DNA from: Blastocystis sp. subtype 4
Taxonomy: Eukaryota
Assembly (NCBI RefSeq): GCF_000743755.1
Contig: NW_014569540.1
Coordinates: forward strand, 62,001-95,209
Length of the DNA: 33,209 bases
Reading direction: 5' to 3'
The notes beneath the pieces were generated by a model that saw only the letters and a list, made by a program, of their open reading frames with translations, ran no database searches and was not told the origin of the DNA. Every line of letters starts with the position of its first letter. Position 1 is the stretch's first letter. Of the stretch, positions 1-10,244 are shown one piece after another. The position numbers and the translations under genes are program-made.

Positions 1-742
1 GTTACTGTTGAAATTGAAGTAAGTCTCTGGATAGGTAATTATATGGAGACTCCTCCATCAAACACTCATTCTCAAGATAATCTCTCTGATGTTGCTGAAT
101 ATGATGTCTAATATCATAAGAATTGATAATCGATAGGTACGAGAATGGTATTCTAAGGCCTGGGAGAAAATGGTACTTGATGATTTTCAAAGATTAAGAA
201 ATGTACTAATGGATTCTAGATATGATAAATAGATGGTTCGTGATAAAAGGAAGGATACATCTGGAATCAATGAAGTGTCACTGCCTCATATTAATGACGA
301 ATCTGGATGGGAGTACTATTGTTTTCCGAAACGAGAATCAACTCCCATGGAGACTATCGATCCAATGGACTGGAATTGTCGGAAACCAGACTTAAATGAA
401 CTCATTGCGATGGACTATATAACTACAAACGCTCTTTTTAACTACCACTATGAATGGCTTCTCTTTGATGAGTTGCCTCTTACGTAAGGAAGAAATCGTG
501 TTATAATGTACAGAAAAGGTGTATTTTACTGGTTCTATACACTTCTTGTGTTAATCGATACTCCCATCAACGGCCGTATTTGAGAGTATGGAGGTTGATA
601 TATAGAGATTGAAAGTGATATTCGAGGCTTATACAAATATATAGTGAACAAGCGAAAGGAATGGACAGGGCCAATCGATTTCCTTTCTTACATGGATCTT
701 CTTCTAGTGATAACAGGCACTTATTTTCATCAAAGCAAATGA
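1..742 (+). CDS. Gemin2/SIP1-like SMN-complex protein, 5'-partial, spliced
   Basis: Spliced peptides WEKMVLDDFQRLR, WFYTLLVLIDTP, ESDIRGLYK and LLLVITGTYFHQ resemble the Gemin2 pattern (W.YALL..L..P, S.IR.L.R, L.I.LV..YF.Q). Several ~30 nt GT-AG introns; TGA at 740-742 followed by TGTTTGTT at 745-752. Confidence 0.6.
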
Positions 743-744
743 AA

Positions 745-752
745 TGTTTGTT
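745..752 (+). terminator. TGTTTGTT downstream poly(A)-site motif
   Basis: Begins after a 4-nt spacer following the T of the Gemin2-like stop codon. Confidence 0.75.
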
Positions 753-785
753 TTAAGAGTACATTTTCCACAAACAGTGCAACCG

Positions 786-2554
786 CTAAAGAAGATTATT
801 AGGAATCTATCTTATCACTCCTCCATCTCCCATACACGTGGTGAGTCTTTTGTTAACACATCTACTGTCTTTGAATCCACATACAGGAATGTATCCTCAA
901 TTCGAACACCAAAATGACGTAATTCCTCAGGAATTTCATCATCACCATCAAACTACATGAAACACTCAATTAATCCCTACGTAGAGACCAGGTTCGATAC
1001 AGAAGGCTACACCTGGAGTCAGTGGAGTACTGTAACCAACGGTAGGAGTATCATTGTTATCCAGACCAATGTAGTGACAACTCTACACAGGATCATGAAT
1101 CAATGTTCTTACATAATGAGGGAAGTATTTGAAATAGAGCTTCTGTTCCACGATTGTTCTATGTCACAGATTAAATCTTCACCTACTCAACACTACTGGA
1201 TTTCATAACTCCAATTTCCTTTAATAGTTTTGATAACTCTCTCACAATGGTTAAATGGACATCTTGAAGAGAACTACAGTAACAATCATCTACAAATCCA
1301 ACCAAGTCTCTTGGGATTTGATCATCTGCAAACAGGATTCATACACTTCATTAACACCTAAATAGATATCGGCACGAGCCTTGGTCCCAGACTTCATTTC
1401 TCCAGCAAATACAACTCGAGCCATATCACTATTGTATCCATTCATGAGAACACCACAATCGATTAAAATGTTCTAACCATCATTTAGATAAAGAAAAAAG
1501 AACATCACCAGGATTAATGATACAATCGTTACAGGAGTACTGAACATATTGAGAATTACTACCTCCTGCAATTTGAGTTGGAAAAGCAACAGACTGAGCT
1601 CCTCGTAACTTAACATTATACTCAAACGCTGTACTGAGCCGATTCTCGATTCCAATTACTAGAATAAGAGAAAAATAGAATAAAAACATGGAATAGAAGA
1701 TAGTTCGTTGAAAGCGCTGGTACAGATGCTGGCAGAATAGCGGAGCTGTTTCTGTTCGTTAAGAGATTTAATCCATCGGATTCGATCCAGCTCTGGAATC
1801 AAAGGACTATAATAAGAAAGAGAAGGAATCATTACGAAACAGTCAGCCCTTCAAGTCCTTTCAGTACAGAAGTCACTTCTTTGTTAATAGAACTGTCAGC
1901 AGTCGTATATGTATAAATAGATTTTGCGTCTCCTATGACGGATGGAAGGACAGATTCAATAGTAGATATATCATATGTCTCTGTAATTCCAAAATATAGT
2001 TTCGCATCTTCTGGATATAGATGTGGAGTGACATACCCAACACGACCACTATGAATCAATCCATAGCTTTAAAAATACTCTGGCTTATCCTTCATAAATA
2101 AACAGCGTCGAACTTCATTCCGCTGCAGTTTCTGAAGGACAAGAAGCATATTCGGTTGGTCGATTCCACAAAGATAGTGAAAACTGGAATTTTGCTTATA
2201 TTCATATGGAATACTCCAGGACTGATATTTCAGGGAAGAGGAACTGATGAGAGCAACACTTCCCACAGGCAGGCGCGAAAGCAGAAACAATTGTCGATCC
2301 TCATATCTGGAGATCAAGAAAACAAAAAGTAATCACTCATTAAGAGAAATACCTGGTGTCAGATCATCTCCATCAATTAAATGAGGATGAGTTTGGTGGA
2401 TAGGCTACATAATAATATGAATATATGGCTCCCTTACCTGTCCTATATGACGAGATCCCGAAACATATCGGCAAAAGACACTTCTAGATAGGGAGACTTT
2501 AGAATAAATGGAGTTAAATAAGGCTGTACATGTAGAAAGTCCGCGTATCAACAT
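786..2554 (-). CDS. XPNPEP3: Xaa-Pro aminopeptidase 3 / Icp55-like M24B peptidase with predicted mitochondrion-related-organelle presequence
   Basis: Splicing gives MLIRGLSTCTALFNSIYSKVSLSRSVFCRY (Arg/Ser-rich, no acidic residues), GQPIHQTHPHLIDGDDLTPGISLNEY, YKQNSSFHYLCG, RWIKS, ILIDCG..GYNSDMAR, PHYSCHYIGLD, IEPGLY, GVRIEDT. The last exon is uncertain (stop at 786 if a terminal intron is spliced, about 814 if not). Confidence 0.85.
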
Positions 2555-2642
2555 AGGGAGGAGATATTGGATTCAAAGACTAATGACGAAATTGATAGAA
2601 AAACTGTCATGTAAAAATCCAAAAACTGTTTTGATTCAGAGG

Positions 2643-5010
2643 ATGATGTCCCCCTATGGAAGGACACTTCTCAGGGGATTTATTTCCGATTCATTAGCTC
2701 GTCTGAACGATTCCGAGCATTGCTGTATGATGAGCTTTCCGGTGTTACTCTAGGTTTATGTGGGATGTTACTGTTTGAAAGATATATTTCAAATTGTTGT
2801 TTGTCCTTTGTCTGCTCGAATTGTGTCAAATTAGTTTGAATGTGATTATTTACTTATGGAAAGAATGAGAGATGTGTTGGGTGTCAGTTTTCAAATGGGC
2901 AGTATTATCGAGATGATGTTACTATTGATACTCACTGTTATGAGTAGATATTGGTAGACCGGATTCTAGAGACGGTAAGCGAATACAGTTCATCCCAATC
3001 CGTTGATGCTGGGTCTATTGGTGCTGATGATACTGTAAGATTGTCTGTTGTTTTTAATAATCAGTTGTACCGTCGTTTCGTTCTCTTCTGTCTCAAGATT
3101 GCAAATCTGAATACTGCAGTATTCTCTTATATAGTCTTCTATTCTAGTGTCTCACTAATCTCCTGTCGTTTGTTAATTGTATTGAAAGAAAATCCTTTCG
3201 AGAAATGATTGCAGAGGATAATGAGTGGAATGAGTCTGGATCCTATCTTCAATTGATGCAGTTCATTATTCAAAAACAGACTAAGGTTGCTGATTCTACA
3301 TTCTTGTTGAATTCTTCTCTTGTTACAATGACCACTGCTGTATCACTCCATTCTCTCAAAGATGCCACTGGAGATGGAATTCTATTGAATCAGCAGGGAG
3401 ACATCTATCGAGGTGCTGTTTGTGAAGGAGTTCCATCAGGAAAAGGAATTCTTATGTATGCAAATGGTTGTAGTCTTCATGGTATTTGGGAGCATGGAAA
3501 GTTGATTGGAAATGGTGAGTATCATTACAATGAGGATGTTTGGATTCCTCGAATTGGAGATGAAGTGTATATGGATTCATCACTGTATTTGAGATCCGAA
3601 GTCTATCCGAATGACAGGCAGTTGTTTGATACACAGAAGGGTGTATTTCCTTTTGCATTTGAAGAATCGAGTCAATTAAGTAATGAGAACGAAATAGTAT
3701 GAGAAATAGAATTAAGTCATCATGATGTGCAATTTCTAGAGACATTTCTCAGTAATCCAATCTTTCTGGAACATCTCTTTCCAATCCAGTGTAAATTGCA
3801 TACTTTGGTTCTGATTCCTCCTTCTTCTACAGGTGAATTATCGACAGTGTTACTTCTATTATCATCCATTCCATCCTTACGCAATCTTACTATTACAAGT
3901 ATGAAGAACACATCCTATTGAACAACAGATGCTGAAATGGAGACATTGTCGATTCCTGCGGACTCCTTAAAACAGATTACAACCCTTCGCATTGAAAGTA
4001 TTTCAAGCTCAAATCTGAGACAATAGATTCGGAGACAGTTCGTGAACTCCAAGTCAATCAATTTGCACTCTCTTCCATTTTGAAACTGGTGTTGAAAGGT
4101 TTCAGTTGTTCTTTTCATTCAATATATTAGATTTGTGTCATCTTCAATACATTGATTTGAGTTTCAATTCATTGTCCACAGGAGACTGCCGCTATCCTTA
4201 TAATGGTAATCATGTTTCATCGAATATCAAACAGTATAAGAAATTATTTAAATCCCTCTCATTGCAGAGTATGTGTTTGTAGTTCGTCTTATCACAGATC
4301 TACCTTCGTTATCATCTCTACTAATGGATAATGGTACGTGTATGGAATTTTCGAGTTTTTCCCTTTCCTCGTTACCACAATTAACAGATTGCATTATTGG
4401 AAGTGATGAAACTGATTATGATTCATATTCATTCTATTGCTGTAGAGATTTTGCGATTACCGATCTCCCTTCATTGCAGACCTTGGAATTGGGATCGTAT
4501 TCCTTTTATTCAGCACATTCCTTTACATTGAGTAACCTTCCTTCACTCATATCATTATCAATTAATAACTTTGCATTCTCTAAATTGACCTCGTTTGTGT
4601 TATCAGGACTTGAGAACCTTGCATCCCTGTCCATAGGTAATTCTTCTATGAACTCCATTCATAAACTCATATTCAAAGGTACTGGATGAATGGATGATGA
4701 CAGATAGATCTTCATTCTCTTGAACATTTGACAATTGGTTCAGAATCCTTCCGAAATGCTAAAGAAGTGACATTTGAGAATCTAGAGCGTTTACAGACGT
4801 TGTTAATAGGGGATGGCTCATTTCAAAAAACAGTGAACTTGTCCATGAGCAATCTATTGAATTTACTCTCCTTATCACTGGGAACTCGGTGTTTGAAGAA
4901 GACGACGGCGACTCTGTATTGTGGGATATTGTTCGATCCCTTTGATTTTTAGGTGTATCTGATGTGATAAAGACGATTCTGTCGAGTGTATCCTCTGTTC
5001 ATATTCTTTG
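2643..5010 (+). CDS. MORN-repeat plus BspA-like leucine-rich-repeat protein (start approximate)
   Basis: MORN-like YRGAVCEGVPSGKGILMYANGCSLHGIWEHGKLIGNGEY joins in frame via ~30 nt introns to repeats such as DLPSLQTLELGSYSF, NLPSLISLSINNFAF and NLERLQTLLIGDGSF. The frame ends CTT TG, 4 nt before TGTTTGTT (5015-5022). The 5' exons are not resolved. Confidence 0.65.
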
Positions 5011-5014
5011 GTAT

Positions 5015-5022
5015 TGTTTGTT
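5015..5022 (+). terminator. TGTTTGTT downstream poly(A)-site motif
   Basis: 4-nt spacer after an in-frame TG at the end of the MORN/LRR gene. Confidence 0.75.
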
Positions 5023-5039
5023 GAAAAGGCTGCAGTTGT

Positions 5040-5897
5040 ATGGATGAGGATATGATCCCACATATTTCCAAGTTGCCTACTAACCGGATCCAAAACATCC
5101 TGAAACCGATCAAAGGAGTCATATTTGATGTGGATGGAACTCTCACCGTTCCAGGTACGGGCTGATGTAAAGACCTTATAAATAGGGTTGATCAACTACA
5201 AGAGAATCCACGAAAAAGCAAACATTCCTATTGGTGAGGATATTGTACCGTATATTCGATCTCATTACTCTGGAGAAGAGTATCAACGGGCTATGAAGAT
5301 TGTGGAAGAGGAGGAGTTATTAGGGCAAAAGAATGTTCAGTTACAACCAGGTATTTCTAGCGAAGAACATCTTAGAAGATAGGAGCCGACGAACTGATTC
5401 ACCTATTGAACTGTCTAGGGATTCGTGTTGCTCTTTTGACTCGTAATAGTCAAAGATGTCTGGAAAATACTCTCTGTCTCTTTACATCCAAAATCGACCT
5501 AGCTTATAGTCGTGATATTCAACCGTCGAAACCAAACGTCGACCCATTTGTTCGTATTGGGAATGAATGGAGCGTTCCTTGCGAATCTCTGTTACTGGCA
5601 GGAGATCATTTGGATGATTTCATTGCTGCCCTAGGTAATTATGCGGCTTTTGTGTGATATGTAGCATTGTCTTCACGTTCTTGTTATGTACGACCTCATT
5701 ATGACACTTCGAATCCGGCAACTTCTCACAAACCACAGCTGGTTCATAATAATGCCTTGTCTCTAGCGAATTGTCAACAGTGTCCACCGTATATTATGGA
5801 ATATAAGCGTACTCACAACTACTATGTTCCAGATCTTGTTGTTGACAGTATCAGTGAGCTCTGTCAAGCCTGGTACAATGTTTCTCAATCTCTCTAA
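5040..5897 (+). CDS. HAD-superfamily hydrolase
   Basis: Motif I IKGVIFDVDGTL, motif II LLTRNS, motif III SKP, motif IV LLAGDHLDD; three short introns; TAA 5895-5897. Confidence 0.85.
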
Positions 5898-5985
5898 CGT
5901 TTTGTTTGTTGGAATTCTGTTAATCAGCATCTAGAAGAAGTTATATTCCTGAAACTCCCTTTCCGCACTCAAAAAAGAACGAAGA

Positions 5986-7455
5986 ATGAGCGACTATGAT
6001 TCAGATGTTGAAGTACTCCATTCGTTTCATCATATAGGCCCTTCGTGAGAGAGGAAATACGTTGTTGAAAGCAAAAGATTATGATGGTGCTATTCGATGC
6101 TACTCTGAAGTACAGCAATAGACTGTTGTATATTTGTAGGCAATGGAAGTGGATTCATACAATTCAAAGTTGTATAGCAATCGTTGTACTGCCTATCTAT
6201 TGTTAGAGAACTATGATAAGGCTCTTGCAGATGCCACGAAATGTGTTTCTATTGATCCTGATTGGTACAAGGGACATGTACAAATGGGTTCTTGTTATAT
6301 GGGAATGAAGGATTATCAGAGTGCTATCAAAGAGTATAAGAAAGGTTCATAGATTGAAAGGGTCTTCATATGTAGCGTTATCGTTGTCAGACACAAAGGA
6401 TACAATTCAGAAATTGATTGACAAAGTCGAAAACACTTTCTTGTTATCAGAAATAGGCAATTGAAAAGGAATCTCAACATAACATCCGTTATAAGCTATT
6501 TGGAAATGCTGTTAAGACAATGCAAACAATCGGAAATCTACTTCGTGTTTTCATCCTTATCTTGAATGTACTATTGATGTCTCCTGTTTCCCTAGATTGT
6601 TGCAATGCTTCCATTCCCAGCATTGTTCAAGAAGGTTACCTCACTGTACTTCGCTGTTTATCTCTCAATTGTTCTGATTCATGTCTATGAGTCATATGGA
6701 ATGCCTGTTTTCCGTACCTATGTGCTAATTGAATCGAATTATAATATATAGTACTGGAAACGTGTGGCTTCGGATTCGATTGTTCAGTACATGATGCCTC
6801 TTATGATTTTCCGGAATACGCGTCTAATCCCTATGGTAATGATGCTAGTAAGTGAATATAGCTCTTGTCATTTCTAGATCTCGTTAAGTCAATTTGCCTC
6901 GATCATGATCTTTGTTCGTGAATCGCTTGAAATTGTGAAGCCTTCTCTTCTAAAGTTTCACTTTCATTCTCCTCTCATGTATAGGCGTATTTCGGACGCA
7001 ATCAACGCTGCTATGGCCAAGTACATGCCAGAACAGAACTGGTCTCAACGAACGTGAGCATTTATTGTAACCTTCACTTCTAGTCCTGCAGAAAAAGAGT
7101 ACTTTATGAGAGAAATCTTTGGCTTGGCATCTGCCTCCTTAGAGATTTGGTTGTTACCAATGTCGTTGCTTCTTCTGAAGCAAGGTGTCTACGGACTTGT
7201 GGGTATCGTAATGATGTATCAGTATTTGTTAATTCGTGTAACGGTGTCTCCCCATGTCGCAGTAGGTACTGAGAGAATTATGGACTGTAGACTGCCCTGA
7301 GAAGTATTGATGTATCGCTAAATCGTCTTGTCTATCATCCACGTTGTCCTTTGTTCATCCGTATGGACTTGAGATGGACCTGATTTCTAGGAAATGGGTA
7401 CTTGTGGATCCGCGAAAAGATTGTAAGCAGTTACCGTAGTTCTCTGAATGTGTAA
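5986..7455 (+). CDS. N-terminal TPR domain fused to a TMEM33/Pom33 (UPF0121)-like membrane domain
   Basis: TPR: LRERGNTLLKAKDYDGAIRCYSEAM..LYSNR..ALADATKCVSIDPDWYKGH. The spliced frame continues into hydrophobic helices with YGMPVFRTYYWKRVASDSIVQY, MYQYLLIR and HPRCPLFIR, resembling TMEM33. Confidence 0.7.
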
Positions 7456-7528
7456 TTACTCCTGGGTTGTTGTTCTGTTTGTTCATTCTTCTTTGTACAT
7501 TCCGTGATATTCTCCAGAATCGCAATTC

Positions 7529-7796
7529 ATGCCAGTGCAGATTCACCAGACACCTAGGGGAGTTCGAAGATATCCTCGAAAGGATAATCACAGAATGAAA
7601 CATGTTGTATCATTTATTTTCTTGTTAGTATGTACTTTGCCTCTATTCTATGCAATATTACAATCAAAGTCGTTCATTCAGAGTGATCTCCATGGAGAGA
7701 ATATTCTTCATATTATTATGGGTATGGTTAAATACTTCCATCTTTTGTATAGCCAATACCGTCGCCAGTATCAATTCGTTAAATGCGACTCAGTGA
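7529..7796 (+). CDS. Small hypothetical single-pass membrane protein
   Basis: ATG 7529, basic N-terminus, then hydrophobic HVVSFIFLLVCTLPLFYAIL; plausible intron 7722-7752; TGTTTCTG downstream. No recognisable family. Confidence 0.35.
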
Positions 7797-7868
7797 GAAC
7801 CCTGGTTTAGAATAGAAGAATCCATTTTTGTTCCTAGTTCACTTTTGTGTTTCTGTTGGTGATAGTTC

Positions 7869-9139
7869 ATGTTTGTATCAACATCCAAGTCTGGCTTTTC
7901 TTGTTGCAAAAGGATATCATTGTTCAAAAGGTTATTTCGACCTGTTGGGATTGTTGGTTTACCGAATGTGGGGAAGTCAACATTATTCAATGCATTAACG
8001 AAATCAGAACTAGCAGAAATGGCAAATTATCCATTCTGCACAATTGATCCAAACAAAGCAGATATCCTTGACGATTTCCTCTGTAACTGGAAAAATGATT
8101 TCTTTAATGATCCCTTGTGTCTATTCCAGATCCTAAATTGGACAGGCTGGCTTCTATTTGTCATTCTGAGAAGACTGTGTATGATGAGATGCAATTCATC
8201 GATGTTGCGGGGTTAATCAAAGGAGCACATAACGGAGAAGGGCTGGGGAACCAATTCCTAAGCACTATTCGGCAAGTGAGTGTAATTCTCCAGGTAGTCC
8301 GTTGTTTTGAAAATAGTGATATCCTGCACGTGAATAACCGAATCGATCCATTGGATGGTATAACTAAGCTGTTGTATTGTCAATAGACATTGAAACAATC
8401 AATTTGGAGTTGCAATTGGCTGATTTAACCCAACTTCAGAAGATGCATGATAAGGTGAGCCTAAGCAGATTTGTTGATGGTTAGTTGGTGTCAAAATCGA
8501 GGAGTGGAAGTACACCCAAGGTGAAACAGAACCTTCAGATTATTGATAAGTGCATCAGCACCATTGAATCAGGAAAGACTTTGACTTCTCTTACATGGAC
8601 GAAAGATGAGCTCCCAATCTTCAAAGGTCTCCAACTTCTTAGTGCTATCCCTACTTTGTATATTCTGAATACGGACAATGAGTCGGCAGCAACAGGAAAT
8701 GAATTCACTAAACGGGTTATTGATTCTCTAAATACTCCAAATTATGTGATCATGTCAGTTCAATTGGAACAAGAAAGTACACTATTTGGAGATTCAAAAT
8801 CGCAACTTGAATATCTCAGCCAGTTCGGAGTGAAGGAAAGTGCATTAAACAAAGTCGTTTCTGCTTGCAGTCGTCTTTTAGGGTTAAATACGTTCTACAC
8901 TGTTGGAAGAAATGAAGCACGAGCTTGGCATACGGAGAATGGGTCCACAGTAACTGATGCAGGAGCACGAATCCATTCTGATTTCAAAACCAAGTTCATA
9001 AAGGCAGAAGTGATGCACTATGACGACTATATTAGGCTTGGAGGAGAAGATAATGTGAAGAAGGCTGGGAAATTATTCATCGAAGGTCCAGGATATATCT
9101 GTCAGAATAATGATATTCTATATTTTTATGTTAGAAAAT
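7869..9139 (+). CDS. ychF: Obg-family YchF/OLA1-type ATPase, probably organelle-targeted
   Basis: [88 protein letters not shown]. Basic N-terminal extension. Stop predicted to be completed by poly(A) at T9139. Confidence 0.92.
8062..8114 (+). other. Candidate U12-type (minor spliceosome) intron in YchF
   Basis: Starts ATATCCTT, has a TTTCTTTAAT branch-like sequence near its end, and removal restores [18 protein letters not shown]. The 3' end is non-canonical (CC at 8113-8114, or AT at 8110-8111). Confidence 0.65.
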
Positions 9140-9143
9140 GGAT

Positions 9144-9151
9144 TGTTTGTT
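9144..9151 (+). terminator. TGTTTGTT downstream poly(A)-site motif
   Basis: 4-nt spacer after an in-frame T at the expected YchF C-terminus. Confidence 0.8.
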
Positions 9152-9182
9152 GTTTAGATTCATTATAGATTAAGAATAAACT

Positions 9183-9255
9183 GTTTCCATAAGGAATCGA
9201 ACCTGTAATTTCTTAACAACAGAGAATAGTCACCACTCATTCGACTATTGGTGCA
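9183..9255 (-). other. tRNA-like / B-box-containing intergenic element
   Basis: Minus strand carries GGTTCGATTCC (B box) with D-arm-like (AGTC/GACT) and anticodon-arm-like stems at tRNA spacing, but only 3 acceptor-stem pairs. Confidence 0.3.
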
Positions 9256-9386
9256 AGTCGGATAACTCAAATTGACAGTATTTGAGAAATCCCAATATCG
9301 TTTATTTGTGTTTATGGAATCACTGAACTCACATTATGGATTCATTCTAAATTCGTGAGGGCTTGGAGAGTGATTTTATATGTTAG

Positions 9387-10228
9387 ATGGAGAACAATAA
9401 TACTAAGGTTGAGAATCAGGTCCCTTCAGAACCTGTGGAAGGTAGTAGTTGGTGGTTCTCCTAATCAATAGAAAAAACGACGGAGCGTTTGTGCTATATT
9501 TGCCAGAAACCTGGACATCTTGCTCGCAACTGTCCAGAGAAGGATAATGCTCCTCAAGAGGATGGCAAGTGATTTGTGACTGGAATGACTTATGTATATA
9601 GGAAGGAACATTTTGTCCCTAGACGCCGTGGTTTCCGCCGTCCCCGTCGATGTTTCAATTGCGGTGAGACCGGACATGTGTCGAAGGATTGCCCCAAGAA
9701 GGTGACACCTGAAGAGGAAAAGTGACTGTGATGCATTGGGCTCATAAGTAGGGAGGGTGCTCCAGAAGAGGTCGTGGAACCTGAGACTAAACCTGAAGAG
9801 CCTCAAAAGCCTTCAAAGGGATCTGAGAAGCCCAAGACTGATGAAAGAGTTTGCCGTCTCTGTAACAGACCTGGCCATATTGCTCGCAATTGCCCAACGT
9901 AGAGATTTGTTTTCATTCTTATTTGTAGGAGAAGACGTCGTTTCCACTATATGAATGCATGGTATGTCTTGGAGGAGTGGAATAAACATTTAGTTACAGA
10001 TGTCTTCAGCCTGGTCATGTCGCTCGTGACTGCAAGAATGAGATTGTTTGCACTCGTTGCGAGCAGCCTGGTCACCGAATGAGAGAGTGCAAGAATGAAC
10101 CTATTTGCTACAAATGTAAGCAGGTAGGACACATTTCGAGTCAGTGCCCTAATCCTATGGTCTGCTACAATTGTGGTGAAACGGGACACAAGAGAAGCGA
10201 GTGCCCGAAGGCTAAATCTCAGGAGTAA
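9387..10228 (+). CDS. CNBP/Gis2-like protein with seven CCHC zinc knuckles
   Basis: After splicing: CYICQKPGHLARNC, CFNCGETGHVSKDC, CRLCNRPGHIARNC, CYRCLQPGHVARDC, CTRCEQPGHRMREC, CYKCKQVGHISSQC, CYNCGETGHKRSEC. TAA 10226-10228, then TGTTTGTT at 10232. Missed by the ORF track. Confidence 0.88.
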
Positions 10229-10231
10229 CAT

Positions 10232-10239
10232 TGTTTGTT
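10232..10239 (+). terminator. TGTTTGTT downstream poly(A)-site motif
   Basis: 4-nt spacer after the TA of the CNBP-like stop codon. Confidence 0.8.
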
Positions 10240-10244
10240 ATGGA

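Noticed and set aside
8083..8129. Canonical GT-AG intron as the only explanation of the YchF frameshift
   Set aside because: It is in frame but replaces the conserved V.IPD with DILDDFLY; kept only as a possible alternative event.
9140..9168. C-terminal extensions in the ORF track (Ych[14 protein letters not shown]1 CLVCRK.., NHE SLVYST)
   Set aside because: They run through the 3'-end motif and are probably absent from mature mRNA.
9387..10228. Zinc knuckles as retrotransposon gag
   Set aside because: No protease, RT, integrase or LTRs nearby; the gene has introns and seven knuckles like CNBP.
9465..10231. Minus-strand ORFs 9465-9806 and 9947-10231, and similar antisense ORFs over ValRS, CCT4 and QTRT1
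   Set aside because: They are antisense shadows of well-supported genes and have no family motifs.
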